This document shows positions 1 through 9,065 of a DNA stretch of 64,000 nt, piece after piece; the first letter of the stretch is position 1, and the number at the start of each line of letters is the position of its first letter. The translations under genes were made by a program, and so were the position numbers. Source of the stretch: an uncultured Oscillospiraceae bacterium (GTDB taxonomy: Bacteria; Bacillota; Clostridia; Oscillospirales; Ruminococcaceae); assembly GCA_964369345.1 (NCBI GenBank), contig CAYJFF010000001.1, positions 33 through 64,032 of the forward strand, read 5' to 3'. The notes under the pieces are model-generated. The model was not told the DNA's origin, did not search any database, and saw only the letters and a list, made by a program, of their open reading frames with translations.

Positions 1-816
1 TATCTACTAGAGTTGTTCGAGAAAATTGGTTATACAGGGGATATATTATCTGCTGAGAAAATAATAGGTAAGCTACGTGGCAGAAAAACCACGGAGGAAC
101 TACGCAGGATAACTGATGCTACAAAACTTACAGAAAAAATCCTAAGAGAAGTTATCGATTTTATAAAAGAGGGTGTATCACAGAAAGATATCCATGCTTT
201 TTGCCAAGAGCGTATAGCTTTTTATGGTGTTGGCAATGCGTGGGACGCAGCTCAGAACCCCGGTGTATTTATTGGCTTTGACCCCGTAATAGGCCACGCA
301 GGCCCTGGCGACACAGTCGTAAAACCAGGCGACCTTATTAACCTTGATTTTGGTGTGAAGGTAGAGCACTATTGCTCCGATATACAGCGCACATACTACC
401 TACTAAAAGAGTGTGAAACAGACGTGCCCGATATATACAAACAACATCTAGCAAACCTACACAGGGCTATTGACGCAGGTGTTGCACTAATGAAGCCAGG
501 CATTGAGGGATATCGTCCAGACCGTGCCGCACGTGATGGACTCATTGAGCAAGGCTACCCAGAGTTTAAGTACTCTTTCGGACACCAAGTAGGCCGCGCT
601 GCGCACGATGGTGGTGTTAGTATGGCAAAACTGCGCCCAGGCAGCGCCTCTCTTTCTTCACAGCCACTAGAGGAAAATCTCGTTCTGACAATCGACGCGA
701 ATATGTACCTAGACAGGGGACGTATTGGGCAGGAGGACGTGGCATATATTACAAAGGATGGAGCGAAATTTATCAGTGAACGTCAAACAGAAATTTGGAT
801 CTCTGGCAAAAAATAG
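1..816 (+). CDS. M24-family (creatinase/prolidase fold) Xaa-Pro peptidase. Only the catalytic domain is present; the 5' end probably lies beyond the window.
   Basis: The frame is open from base 1, with no stop upstream of the listed start at 13. The catalytic-domain style sequence begins ...KTTEELRRITDATKLTEKILREV. Metal-ligand-like blocks are LINLDFGVKVEHYCSDIQRT, GHQVGRAAHDGG and GQEDVAYITKDG. One usual Glu-ligand block reads TIDAN rather than T(I/V)EPG. Confidence 0.7.
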   Translation, partial: YLLELFEKIGYTGDILSAEKIIGKLRGRKTTEELRRITDATKLTEKILREVIDFIKEGVSQKDIHAFCQERIAFYGVGNAWDAAQNPGVFIGFDPVIGHAGPGDTVVKPGDLINLDFGVKVEHYCSDIQRTYYLLKECETDVPDIYKQHLANLHRAIDAGVALMKPGIEGYRPDRAARDGLIEQGYPEFKYSFGHQVGRAAHDGGVSMAKLRPGSASLSSQPLEENLVLTIDANMYLDRGRIGQEDVAYITKDGAKFISERQTEIWISGKK

Positions 817-1720
817 TGATGGAAATTTCATAATCGGTGTTATTTTTATTCTAATATCGTCCCTTGGTTTTGCACTTAATCAAGCTTTTTCCAATGGTCT
901 TGGGGACAGTGCTGGGGTGTTCGAAAAAATGTTTATACATAACATGGTAGGTGTGCTTGTTTTTGGTATAATAGTCTGCAAAAACAAGATAAACCCACTG
1001 GGCAAACGCCCAAAACTGATGTTTGTAAGAGCTTTTTTCGGCTTTGTTTCTACGCTGTTTGTTGTAATAGCAACTACATTTAGCTCACGACCATTGTTTG
1101 AGCTCAGCGTTCTAACCTCTACCTCCGCTATCTTCACAATGCTGACAGCTGCGGTGTGGCTAAAAGAAAAAGTAAAAAAATCCCAGTTCATAGTAGTAGT
1201 AATATGCTTTTTGGGTGTGGTAATAACCGTTAGACCGTCACCAGAGCTACTTACAGACCCTTTTTGTTTGTTTGCTATCCTCGGTGCACTTTTTGGTGGT
1301 GCTGCATACTGCGTAGTACGCAAACTAAAAGATTTCGCACACCCTTATGCCGTAGTTTTTAGCTACTGTGCGCTCTCCTCCCTATTTGCACTACCATTCT
1401 ATATAGGCGAGCTAATAGGTGGAGCTGCTCTGCCAACTCTGCAAGAGCTATTGTATATGTTGGGAATGGGTGTTGGTATATGTTTTGGACAGTTGTTCCT
1501 AAACCTTGCATACAGACGTGCCGAAGCTTCTCGCCTGTCACCTTATTCATATGTACAAAACGTGTATACTCTGCTAATATCAATGCTTGTCTTTAACCAA
1601 GTTATATCTGTATATTCTTATATAGGCGCTATTATGATTATAGGCGCAAATTATATAAACCTACGTATCGGACGAGCAGACGCTAGAAAGGAAGAACTAA
1701 TTTATGAGCAATCAAAATAA
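758..1720 (+). CDS. DMT-superfamily (EamA-like) transporter, about 10 TM segments
   Basis: Highly hydrophobic protein with two repeated 5-TM halves, typical of EamA proteins. The listed ORF start at 725 overlaps the upstream gene by about 90 nt. ATG 758 and GTG 776 are the alternatives, so the start is uncertain. Confidence 0.65.
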   Translation: MERNLSVNVKQKFGSLAKNSDGNFIIGVIFILISSLGFALNQAFSNGLGDSAGVFEKMFIHNMVGVLVFGIIVCKNKINPLGKRPKLMFVRAFFGFVSTLFVVIATTFSSRPLFELSVLTSTSAIFTMLTAAVWLKEKVKKSQFIVVVICFLGVVITVRPSPELLTDPFCLFAILGALFGGAAYCVVRKLKDFAHPYAVVFSYCALSSLFALPFYIGELIGGAALPTLQELLYMLGMGVGICFGQLFLNLAYRRAEASRLSPYSYVQNVYTLLISMLVFNQVISVYSYIGAIMIIGANYINLRIGRADARKEELIYEQSK

Positions 1721-2837
1721 AGACACAGAAGAAAAACCCAAACTACCCACAGAGCCTTATGGAGATATAGACCTTGATATGCTAAAAGAATTTTCCGAGG
1801 TTAATGGTATTTGTGGCAATGAAAAAGCTGCCAGCCGTGTAATGGCAAAATACCTTGATGGATATGTAGATAGTATTGACTACGATAATCTAGGCAGTAT
1901 TATAGGCTGTAAAAAAGGTACAGGAAACGGGCCTAAGGTTGCCTTTTTCGGTCATCTTGATGAAGTAGGCTTTCTTGTAAAAAAGATAACACCCGAGGGA
2001 TATATTTATCTTTCCAAAGTAGGTGGCATGTGGCCACACTGCTTGCTATCACAAGAGGTCACTATAACTACACGTGACGAGCGAGAATATGTAGGTCTTA
2101 TCAGCTCGCCACCACCACATGGTATGACTGCCGCTGCAAGAGAAAAAGTTATAGATGTAGAAGATATCTTTGTTGATATGGGTGTAAATGATGCAGATGA
2201 AATAAAAAATCTGGGCATCAGAGTTGGCGATACTGTAACACCAAAGTCCGAGTTCCGTGTTATGAATAACCCTAACTACCTAATGGGAAAAGCATGGGAT
2301 GACAGAATGGGGGCAGCTATCGCAACATGTGTGGTACGCAACCTAAAAGACGAAAAATGCAGTGCTGATGTATATGCAGTTGGCACTGTTCAGGAGGAAG
2401 TGGGGCTACGTGGCGCTATGACTGCCGGATATGCAGTAGACCCAGATATCGCTATTGCTCTTGATGTAACGCTAGCGTCAGATATACCAAACTGCACAAA
2501 AGGTGCACCACTGGGTAGCGGTGTCACACTTAGCATGATGGACGGCTCAATTATCGCTAACCGCCAGCTTGTATATATCATGGAAGAAATATGCGAAGAG
2601 CTGAACCTAACATATACACACGACCTTTTCCTAAATGGAGGTACAGATAGTGGTGCTATCCACAAACTACGTAGTGGTGTGTTCACAATGACTATATCGC
2701 TACCAGCAAGGGCTATACACTCCCACCGTGGTGTTGTGCATAGAAAAGATTTTGCCGACACAGTGACCCTGTTAACAGAGTTTTGCCGCAGACTGGACTG
2801 GGAACTACTGGAGAGAATAAAAAACTCCAATAGATAG
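1704..2837 (+). CDS. M42-family metallo-aminopeptidase (FrvX/CelM/PepA-like)
   Basis: Motifs FFGHLDEVGFLVKKITPEGYIYLSKVGG, GKAWDDRMG and VQEEVGLRGA are typical of the M42 family. An AAGGAAG RBS sits 9 nt upstream. The gene overlaps the end of the DMT gene by 17 nt. Confidence 0.8.
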   Translation: MSNQNKDTEEKPKLPTEPYGDIDLDMLKEFSEVNGICGNEKAASRVMAKYLDGYVDSIDYDNLGSIIGCKKGTGNGPKVAFFGHLDEVGFLVKKITPEGYIYLSKVGGMWPHCLLSQEVTITTRDEREYVGLISSPPPHGMTAAAREKVIDVEDIFVDMGVNDADEIKNLGIRVGDTVTPKSEFRVMNNPNYLMGKAWDDRMGAAIATCVVRNLKDEKCSADVYAVGTVQEEVGLRGAMTAGYAVDPDIAIALDVTLASDIPNCTKGAPLGSGVTLSMMDGSIIANRQLVYIMEEICEELNLTYTHDLFLNGGTDSGAIHKLRSGVFTMTISLPARAIHSHRGVVHRKDFADTVTLLTEFCRRLDWELLERIKNSNR

Positions 2838-2887
2838 GCTATACTATTTCATATGTGCTCTTCTCCCCCGAACTGCACATACTATAG

Positions 2888-2939
2888 AAAAAACAACAAA
2901 GGCTATTAGATGTAAAATCTGGTAGCCTTTGTTGCTTTT
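2888..2939. terminator. Bidirectional intrinsic terminator between convergent genes
   Basis: A 12-bp perfect stem (caacaaaggcta 2894-2905 / tagcctttgttg 2923-2934) is flanked by an A-run on the left and a T-run on the right. Confidence 0.65.
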
Positions 2940-2959
2940 ATCGCTCACTTATCTTTGTA

Positions 2960-4708
2960 TTAACTTGCGTTTATCATGTTGTAATAAAGCCCTTTTCGAG
3001 CCATTAATTCTTCGTGGTTGCCCACCTCTACCAGCTCGCCTGCGTCCATAACCATTATTTTGTCACAGCTGGTTATGGTGGATAGCCTGTGCGCTATTAT
3101 AAACGCTGTTTTCCCCTCCATAATCTTGTTTGTGATACGCTTAATTTTTCTTTCTGTTATTACGTCTACGTTGGAGGTTGCTTCATCAAAAATATACACA
3201 TTGGGTGCTAGTAACATAGCCCTTGCTATTACCAGCAACTGTGTTTGCCCCTGTGATATAGCAGTGTTTTCATAGCTGAGCATAGTGTCATAACCTTCTT
3301 CCAAGTTCTCGACAAACTTGTGCATACCTACTTCTTTGGTGGCAGAGATAATCTGCTCCATATCTTTGCAGTCCAAACCATAGTCTATATTGTTTGCTAC
3401 AGACATATCAAACAAGAAATTTTCCTGTAGCACCATGCCAAAATTCTTACGCAAATTATCCAGATTATACTCTTTTATATCACGTCCGTCTATGGTTATT
3501 CTACCCTCATTTACGTCATAAAAGCGCATAAGCAATGTTATCAGTGTTGTTTTTCCACAGCCTGTAGAGCCTACAATAGCTACTTTTTCACCTGCATTTA
3601 TTTTCAGGTTTATGCCTTTTAGCACATTCACCCCTGGCACATAGCCAAACTTCACATTCTCAAACTCAAAATCACCTTTGATGTTATAGTCAGGTGCTTG
3701 CACTTCTGGCTCTGTTTCTGCATCGAATATATATAAAATCCTGTTGCAAGAAGTCAGCGCAGACTGCAAGGTGTTGTAGATATTCGCAGTCTCTATTATG
3801 GGACCTGTAAATTTCTTCGAGTATATTACAAAGCCCGATACATCACCCACGGATATTTTTGCAGCTGTAACAAGTATACAGCCTATCACTGCTATCATCA
3901 CAAAGCCAAAATGATTAAGAAAGTTACAACAGGGAACCATAAATCCAGCTATGAACTCTGCCCTAAATGCCGCATTTTTGAAATTGTGGGCAAGTGTGCT
4001 AAAATCTTTGTAGTTTTTGTTTTCTAGCGCGAACATTTTTATTGTCTTATCTGCTGCAAACATCTCCTCTACATGGCCAGATAACGCACCCAAATCCTCT
4101 TTTGCTTTTGCAAATGCTGCCTTTGTTCTCTTGCTAATAAACTTCGCTACAAAAAACAGTGCTGGTATTATGATTACATACACAGCAGCCATTACAGGGC
4201 TGATATACAGCATCATATATAGTGAGCCAAGTACATTTATAATACCTGTTGTTATAGCCACTATGTCTGTGGATATTACAGTACTCACCTGCTCAATATC
4301 TACCGAAACACGGTTTATAATATCACCACGGCGCGAGTCCTGTATGTCGCACAGTCTCATCTTTAACATATGCGAGAATACATCACGGCGCAGGTGTAAC
4401 ACAAAACGCTGTGACACACGCACCATAAGAAAATCACGAGCAAACGAACATATACTACCAAACACAGCAAAGACAATCATGGAAACAACCGCGCTTTCCA
4501 GTGCTGTAAAGTTCACACTCTCACCCATCATGCTGTCGATAGCATCTGCTGTATATATGGGAATAGCCAGCAGCAGTGCATTTGACACTAGAACAAGTAT
4601 CATCACCACAGTAATTTGTAGTGCGTTCTCTTTTAAGTATGGCTTCATTAGTTTTATCATCGCAGCAAAGTCATGCATTTGTGAGCCTTTTTTAGCTTTT
4701 TTATTCAT
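2960..4708 (-). CDS. ABC exporter half-transporter (TMD-NBD fusion). The NBD is catalytically canonical but carries a degenerate signature motif.
   Basis: Walker A is GSTGCGKT, Walker B plus the catalytic Glu is VYIFDEATS, and the H-loop is IIAHRLST. The signature reads ISQGQTQL instead of LSGGQ. Confidence 0.85.
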   Translation of the reverse strand: MNKKAKKGSQMHDFAAMIKLMKPYLKENALQITVVMILVLVSNALLLAIPIYTADAIDSMMGESVNFTALESAVVSMIVFAVFGSICSFARDFLMVRVSQRFVLHLRRDVFSHMLKMRLCDIQDSRRGDIINRVSVDIEQVSTVISTDIVAITTGIINVLGSLYMMLYISPVMAAVYVIIIPALFFVAKFISKRTKAAFAKAKEDLGALSGHVEEMFAADKTIKMFALENKNYKDFSTLAHNFKNAAFRAEFIAGFMVPCCNFLNHFGFVMIAVIGCILVTAAKISVGDVSGFVIYSKKFTGPIIETANIYNTLQSALTSCNRILYIFDAETEPEVQAPDYNIKGDFEFENVKFGYVPGVNVLKGINLKINAGEKVAIVGSTGCGKTTLITLLMRFYDVNEGRITIDGRDIKEYNLDNLRKNFGMVLQENFLFDMSVANNIDYGLDCKDMEQIISATKEVGMHKFVENLEEGYDTMLSYENTAISQGQTQLLVIARAMLLAPNVYIFDEATSNVDVITERKIKRITNKIMEGKTAFIIAHRLSTITSCDKIMVMDAGELVEVGNHEELMARKGLYYNMINAS

Positions 4709-6413
4709 TTATCATGTCCTCCTCGCTACTTGGAGTTGTCGCCATCATTCTATAACACTCATTGTTCTTCATCAAGTTTTCGTGTGTATCAAAACCTGTC
4801 ATTCTGCCTTCTTCTAGTACTATAATGCAGTCGCAGTTCTCTACTGATGTTATTTTGTTGGAGATACAAATGATAGTTTTCTCGCCACGTATTTGTTCTA
4901 GTGCATTGTTTAGTTTCTCGTTTGTTTTTGTATCCAGTGCAGAAGAAACATCGTCTAGCACAAATATCTCTGGGTTGTTATAGAAAAGCCTAGCAAGGTT
5001 TATACGCTGTCTTTGCCCACCAGAAAGGTTAGTACCGCTCTGCCTAACATTTAGCTGTTTTCCATTTTTCATAACAAAGTTTTTTATCTGCGCTGTCTGT
5101 ATAGCGTAGTTAAACATCTCCTCGTTAAATGTCTTGTTAAGGATAATGTTTTGTTCTAGCGTATCCGTAAATATATCAAACTTCTGACGCGCTATACCTA
5201 TCTCGCTAGATAGTTTTTTCTGTGGTGTATGCCTTATATTCTTACCATTTATGATTATTTCACCCTCATAGTCATCATAGATACCTGTTAGCATCTCTAC
5301 CAATGTGGTTTTGCCCGAGCCTGTTTTGCCCACAACACCCAGCGACTTTCCTTTTTCTAGTGTAAACGAGATATTATCCAGCACTTTTTGCTCCTCAAAA
5401 CTAAAGCTTAGGTTTTTTACACTTACTGCTATCTCTTTTTGTTCAGCTGGCTTTCTTATCACTTTCTCGCTAGGTCTGATATCTAGTAGTTCCGAAACAC
5501 GCCTTGCGCTGGAGTTTGCTTTTGCAAACCTTACCATTATGCGTGATAGTGCAACCATTGCTAGCACAAACATATTGATATATACCACAAAAGCAGTAAG
5601 GTCTAGCACATCTACAAAGCCACCCTCTACCCTGTGCCCGCTGATGTAGAAAACACCTGCAAGTGCCACATTTGTGATGAGCGTTATAGTTGATGGCAAA
5701 ATACCTGCTATTGTACCACCACGCACCTGTGCTGTTCTTATATCTGATATTTTTTCCCAGAAAACATTTTCTTCTTTTTTCTGGTTTGCAAATGCTTTTA
5801 TGGTCTTTATGCCTGTGATAGCCTCACGTATTATACCAGAAGATGTGTCTATTCCCTCAGATACTTTACGGTACCACTTACCACTAATCTTAAATATATA
5901 TGCGCTTAACACTATCATAACAACCATAGTGATGATAAGTAGTGTAGCAATGTATTCATCTATAACAATCGCCATATATAAACCACCCACAGCTATTACT
6001 ACGTTTCTGCAAATTAGTCGCATAAAAAAAGATACAAATTTGGATACATTGTCTATATCATAAATAATGCGTGTAGTAAGCCCTGAATATGTATAATCTT
6101 TCAAATCTCGTATAGATAAAGTTAGTTTATGTGCATATACAGCTTTTCTCATATCTAGCCCCACACTCTCTTGTGCACGACCAGAGCAGTAGTGTGCTGT
6201 AGCAGTAGATAAAAAGCACACAAAAGCCAGTGCCATCATCCACACCCCACGCTGTATTACAAGGTTTAGGTCACCTGTTGTTGTACCTACCCTTATGATA
6301 TCTGCCAGCAATAAAGGTAGTGCTATATCAATAGCAGCGGACAGGCCCTTGAAGAACGAACCAAAGAAAATAATCCAAAAATACGGTTTTGAAAACTTTA
6401 TAATAAGTTTCAA
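4701..6413 (-). CDS. ABC exporter half-transporter (TMD-NBD fusion) with a degenerate, probably non-hydrolytic NBD
   Basis: Walker A is GKTGSGKT and the signature is a canonical LSGGQRQR. Walker B reads IFVLDDV (catalytic Glu replaced by Asp), and the H-loop reads ICISNKI (His replaced by Asn). The gene overlaps its partner by 8 nt. Confidence 0.85.
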   Translation of the reverse strand: MKLIIKFSKPYFWIIFFGSFFKGLSAAIDIALPLLLADIIRVGTTTGDLNLVIQRGVWMMALAFVCFLSTATAHYCSGRAQESVGLDMRKAVYAHKLTLSIRDLKDYTYSGLTTRIIYDIDNVSKFVSFFMRLICRNVVIAVGGLYMAIVIDEYIATLLIITMVVMIVLSAYIFKISGKWYRKVSEGIDTSSGIIREAITGIKTIKAFANQKKEENVFWEKISDIRTAQVRGGTIAGILPSTITLITNVALAGVFYISGHRVEGGFVDVLDLTAFVVYINMFVLAMVALSRIMVRFAKANSSARRVSELLDIRPSEKVIRKPAEQKEIAVSVKNLSFSFEEQKVLDNISFTLEKGKSLGVVGKTGSGKTTLVEMLTGIYDDYEGEIIINGKNIRHTPQKKLSSEIGIARQKFDIFTDTLEQNIILNKTFNEEMFNYAIQTAQIKNFVMKNGKQLNVRQSGTNLSGGQRQRINLARLFYNNPEIFVLDDVSSALDTKTNEKLNNALEQIRGEKTIICISNKITSVENCDCIIVLEEGRMTGFDTHENLMKNNECYRMMATTPSSEEDMINE

Positions 6414-6713
6414 AATCCCACCCCCAATAAAAAATTCACAAATACTTCAGATAAAACCATTCGTTTATGTACATTATACCATATAAAAAAACCTAAAGAT
6501 AACAAAAATAAGTAGATAATTATTTACTAACAAGTGTTTTTTTGTTTAATTGTACTAAAAGAGCTACTTATTCTCAACTTATTGCACTAATTATATCACT
6601 TTTATGCATTAATTATAGACAAGCACTACAAATTATGCTATTATTATATGTAATAAAAGTTTAGTGTCGGTAATGTGTGTCCTCTCACGCCATCGGCAGA
6701 TAGGAGCATTTAG

Positions 6714-7619
6714 GTGACCGAAGTTTTAACAAAAGCTGCTGGGTTTATTTTACTCATAGCGCTGGCTTACATACTCAAGCTACGTGGTTTTTTCAAGCCC
6801 GAGCACAAAGATATCATAGCAAAAATGGCATTAATGATAACACTACCATGTGTTGCTATTTCTGGTTTCAAAAGTTTTACTTACGATGTATCATACCTAG
6901 TAGCAATTGTTCTTGGCGTTGTTGTAAATGTTGCAGGGCTATCCATAGGCACATTATTATCGCTAAAGAGTAGCAAGGATAAGCGTGCTTTGATGATGAT
7001 GTCCACCGCTGGGTATAATGTTGGCATTTTTACCATACCATTTGTTTCTAGCTTTCTCACATCCTCTGCACTGCTAGGTGTTATGATGTTTGATATTGGT
7101 AACTCTATTATGATTTTTGGTAGTAGTGCCGCAATAACAGATGCTATTGTAAATAAGCACACAGGCAACCCCGTGCCAGCAATAATAAAAAAACTACTTT
7201 CCATGCCTGCTTTCATTGCATATTTTACCATGTTTATTATCTCGCTCGTGGGTATCCGCCTGCCAGATGCAGTTTTTACCATAACTGATATAGGTGCTAG
7301 TGCCACGTCTTTTCTGGCTATGATGATGATTGGTATTATGCTCGATTTTAATATACCAAAAGCCGAGATACTCTCTGTATCTTGGGTTATTGCACTAAGA
7401 TATATTTTCTCTGCGGTTGTGGCTACCATTATATTCTTTTCGCCACTGCCATACGAGGTGCGCAAGGGGCTGATGGTAGTTGTTTTTGCACCACTATCCA
7501 CTGCATCTGTTGTCTTTGCACAGGCACTGGGTTGCAAGTCCTCCTCTGTTGGTATTGTCGGTTCATTAACCATCATGCTTAGCATTATTTTTATGGTAGG
7601 CATAATAATTTTCATATAA
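6714..7619 (+). CDS. AEC-family (auxin efflux carrier-like) permease
   Basis: Polytopic membrane protein of 301 aa with the AEC-like two-half architecture. It uses a GTG start preceded by ATAGGAG. Confidence 0.65.
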   Translation: MTEVLTKAAGFILLIALAYILKLRGFFKPEHKDIIAKMALMITLPCVAISGFKSFTYDVSYLVAIVLGVVVNVAGLSIGTLLSLKSSKDKRALMMMSTAGYNVGIFTIPFVSSFLTSSALLGVMMFDIGNSIMIFGSSAAITDAIVNKHTGNPVPAIIKKLLSMPAFIAYFTMFIISLVGIRLPDAVFTITDIGASATSFLAMMMIGIMLDFNIPKAEILSVSWVIALRYIFSAVVATIIFFSPLPYEVRKGLMVVVFAPLSTASVVFAQALGCKSSSVGIVGSLTIMLSIIFMVGIIIFI

Positions 7620-7634
7620 AAGGAGTAACTACAA

Positions 7635-8597
7635 ATGGCTATTAAATTTACTGTTCCACTGCAAAAAATCATAGAAACACTTAATCTCTCGGTTGTATAT
7701 ATGCCAAAACCAGCAAACGAAATACTAATATCTAGCGTAAATACAAACCGCCCAGGACTGCAACTGGCAGGCTTTTTTGATTATTTTGACACTGATAGAA
7801 TACAGCAAATAGGTATGACGGAGACATCCTACCTAGCCCAGCGCAGCGAAGCAGATGCTGACCACGCTGTAGAAGCTTTTTTCTCTAAACAACCTGTAGC
7901 AGTTATTGTTTCTCAGGGCTGCGAGCCATGCAAAAGCATGCTGAAATATGCAGAAAAGTACGAAGTTCCACTGATGACTACACCTTTGCATAGCTCCGAC
8001 TTCACAGCTTCTCTTGTATCACTGCTAAATGTAGAGCTTGCACCACGTGTTACACGCCACGGTGTTTTGGTAGAAGTATATGGTGAGGGTGTTCTACTAA
8101 TGGGCGATAGTGGTGTTGGTAAGAGTGAAACAGCTGTAGAGCTTGTTAAGCGTGGCCATAGACTGATAGCAGATGACGCTGTTGAGATACGCAGAATTAA
8201 CACAAATACACTAATGGGCTCCTCTCCTGAGAATATCCGTCACTTCTTGGAGCTACGTGGTATCGGCATTATAAATGTTCGCAAAATCTACGGTATAGGC
8301 TCTGTTAATATATCCAAAGATATAAACATGCTTATTAATATGGAGCCATGGGACCAGAGCAAAGTATATGAGCGTATGGGCGTAGAGGACGAGTACACAG
8401 ATATACTAGGTATAGAAGTACCATCACTAACCATACCTGTAAAACCTGGTAGGAACCTTGCTGTAATAATAGAAGTTGCTGCTATGAATAACCGCGAGAA
8501 AAAAATGGGCTACAACGCTGCTCATGAGCTACTAGAGAGACTGGGCATGGCTGCAGATATACCAGAGGGTAGCAGGCATAAACAATTTGATTTTTAA
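7635..8597 (+). CDS. hprK: HPr kinase/phosphorylase
   Basis: Contains the P-loop GDSGVGKSETAVELVKRGHRLIADD and the LELRGIGIINV block. The 320-aa length fits, and an AAGGAG RBS is present. Confidence 0.9.
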   Translation: MAIKFTVPLQKIIETLNLSVVYMPKPANEILISSVNTNRPGLQLAGFFDYFDTDRIQQIGMTETSYLAQRSEADADHAVEAFFSKQPVAVIVSQGCEPCKSMLKYAEKYEVPLMTTPLHSSDFTASLVSLLNVELAPRVTRHGVLVEVYGEGVLLMGDSGVGKSETAVELVKRGHRLIADDAVEIRRINTNTLMGSSPENIRHFLELRGIGIINVRKIYGIGSVNISKDINMLINMEPWDQSKVYERMGVEDEYTDILGIEVPSLTIPVKPGRNLAVIIEVAAMNNREKKMGYNAAHELLERLGMAADIPEGSRHKQFDF

Positions 8598-8615
8598 TTA
8601 AAGGAAGATAGGCTT

Positions 8616-8888
8616 ATGGATTTTATAACTGAGGCTAATAAGATTTATCGCAAGGACGATGATGGCAAAATCATTGCTGAGGTGGATTTCCCCAGTGATA
8701 AAGCTGGCGAGGTTACTATCACGCATACATTTGTTGATGACTCTCTGCGTGGGCAAGGTGTGGCTGGCGAGCTTATGAAAGCAGTTTGTGAGTATGCACA
8801 GGGTAATAATATCAAGGTAGTACCTCTTTGCTCATATGCTGTTAAATGGTTCGAGAAAAACACAGCTTATGCACATCTATTAAAATAA
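8616..8888 (+). CDS. Small GNAT-like N-acetyltransferase (YjdJ-type, 90 aa)
   Basis: The block LRGQGVAGELMKAVCEYAQGNNIKVVPLCSYAVKWFEKN matches the short GNAT/YjdJ-type family as I remember it. Confidence 0.55.
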   Translation: MDFITEANKIYRKDDDGKIIAEVDFPSDKAGEVTITHTFVDDSLRGQGVAGELMKAVCEYAQGNNIKVVPLCSYAVKWFEKNTAYAHLLK

Positions 8889-8895
8889 AAATAAG

Positions 8896-8938
8896 CACAA
8901 CGCACAAAATTGCAGATGTAGTTTTGTGCGTTGTGTTT
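8896..8938 (+). terminator. Intrinsic terminator after the hprK-GNAT unit
   Basis: A 14-bp perfect stem (cacaacgcacaaaa / ttttgtgcgttgtg) is followed by TTT. Confidence 0.8.
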
Positions 8939-8974
8939 ATATCTCTTTCTTATGTAAATTCACATAAAATATCA

Positions 8975-9003
8975 TTGACGAAAAGCTGTATTTTTGATAT
9001 AAT
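8975..9003 (+). promoter_or_regulatory. Sigma-A type promoter of the PfkB kinase gene
   Basis: TTGACG, 17-nt spacer, TATAAT. Confidence 0.6.
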
Positions 9004-9065
9004 AGTTAAGTTGAAGTGAATTTACAGTTCGTTATTCGCTTATTAATTTATTTTGGAGGGTCACA

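Noticed and set aside
4017-4817. Long ORFs antisense to recognised genes. Examples are 4017-4817, 6881-7672, 12640-13440, 14905-15504, 17038-17865, 38222-38845, 50580-51314 and 61343-61942.
   Set aside because: Each lies entirely opposite a gene with clear family motifs. Their translations are low-complexity (Ser/Ile/Ala/Thr-rich) with no motifs or RBS. They are typical shadow ORFs.
6414-6713. A 300-bp AT-rich divergent intergenic region with a direct repeat A(C/T)TAATTATA (about 6592-6602 and 6614-6624). I considered a riboswitch before the AEC-hprK unit.
   Set aside because: I could not recognise any conserved riboswitch core or convincing secondary structure. The repeat is short and AT-only. 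The region is probably just divergent promoters.
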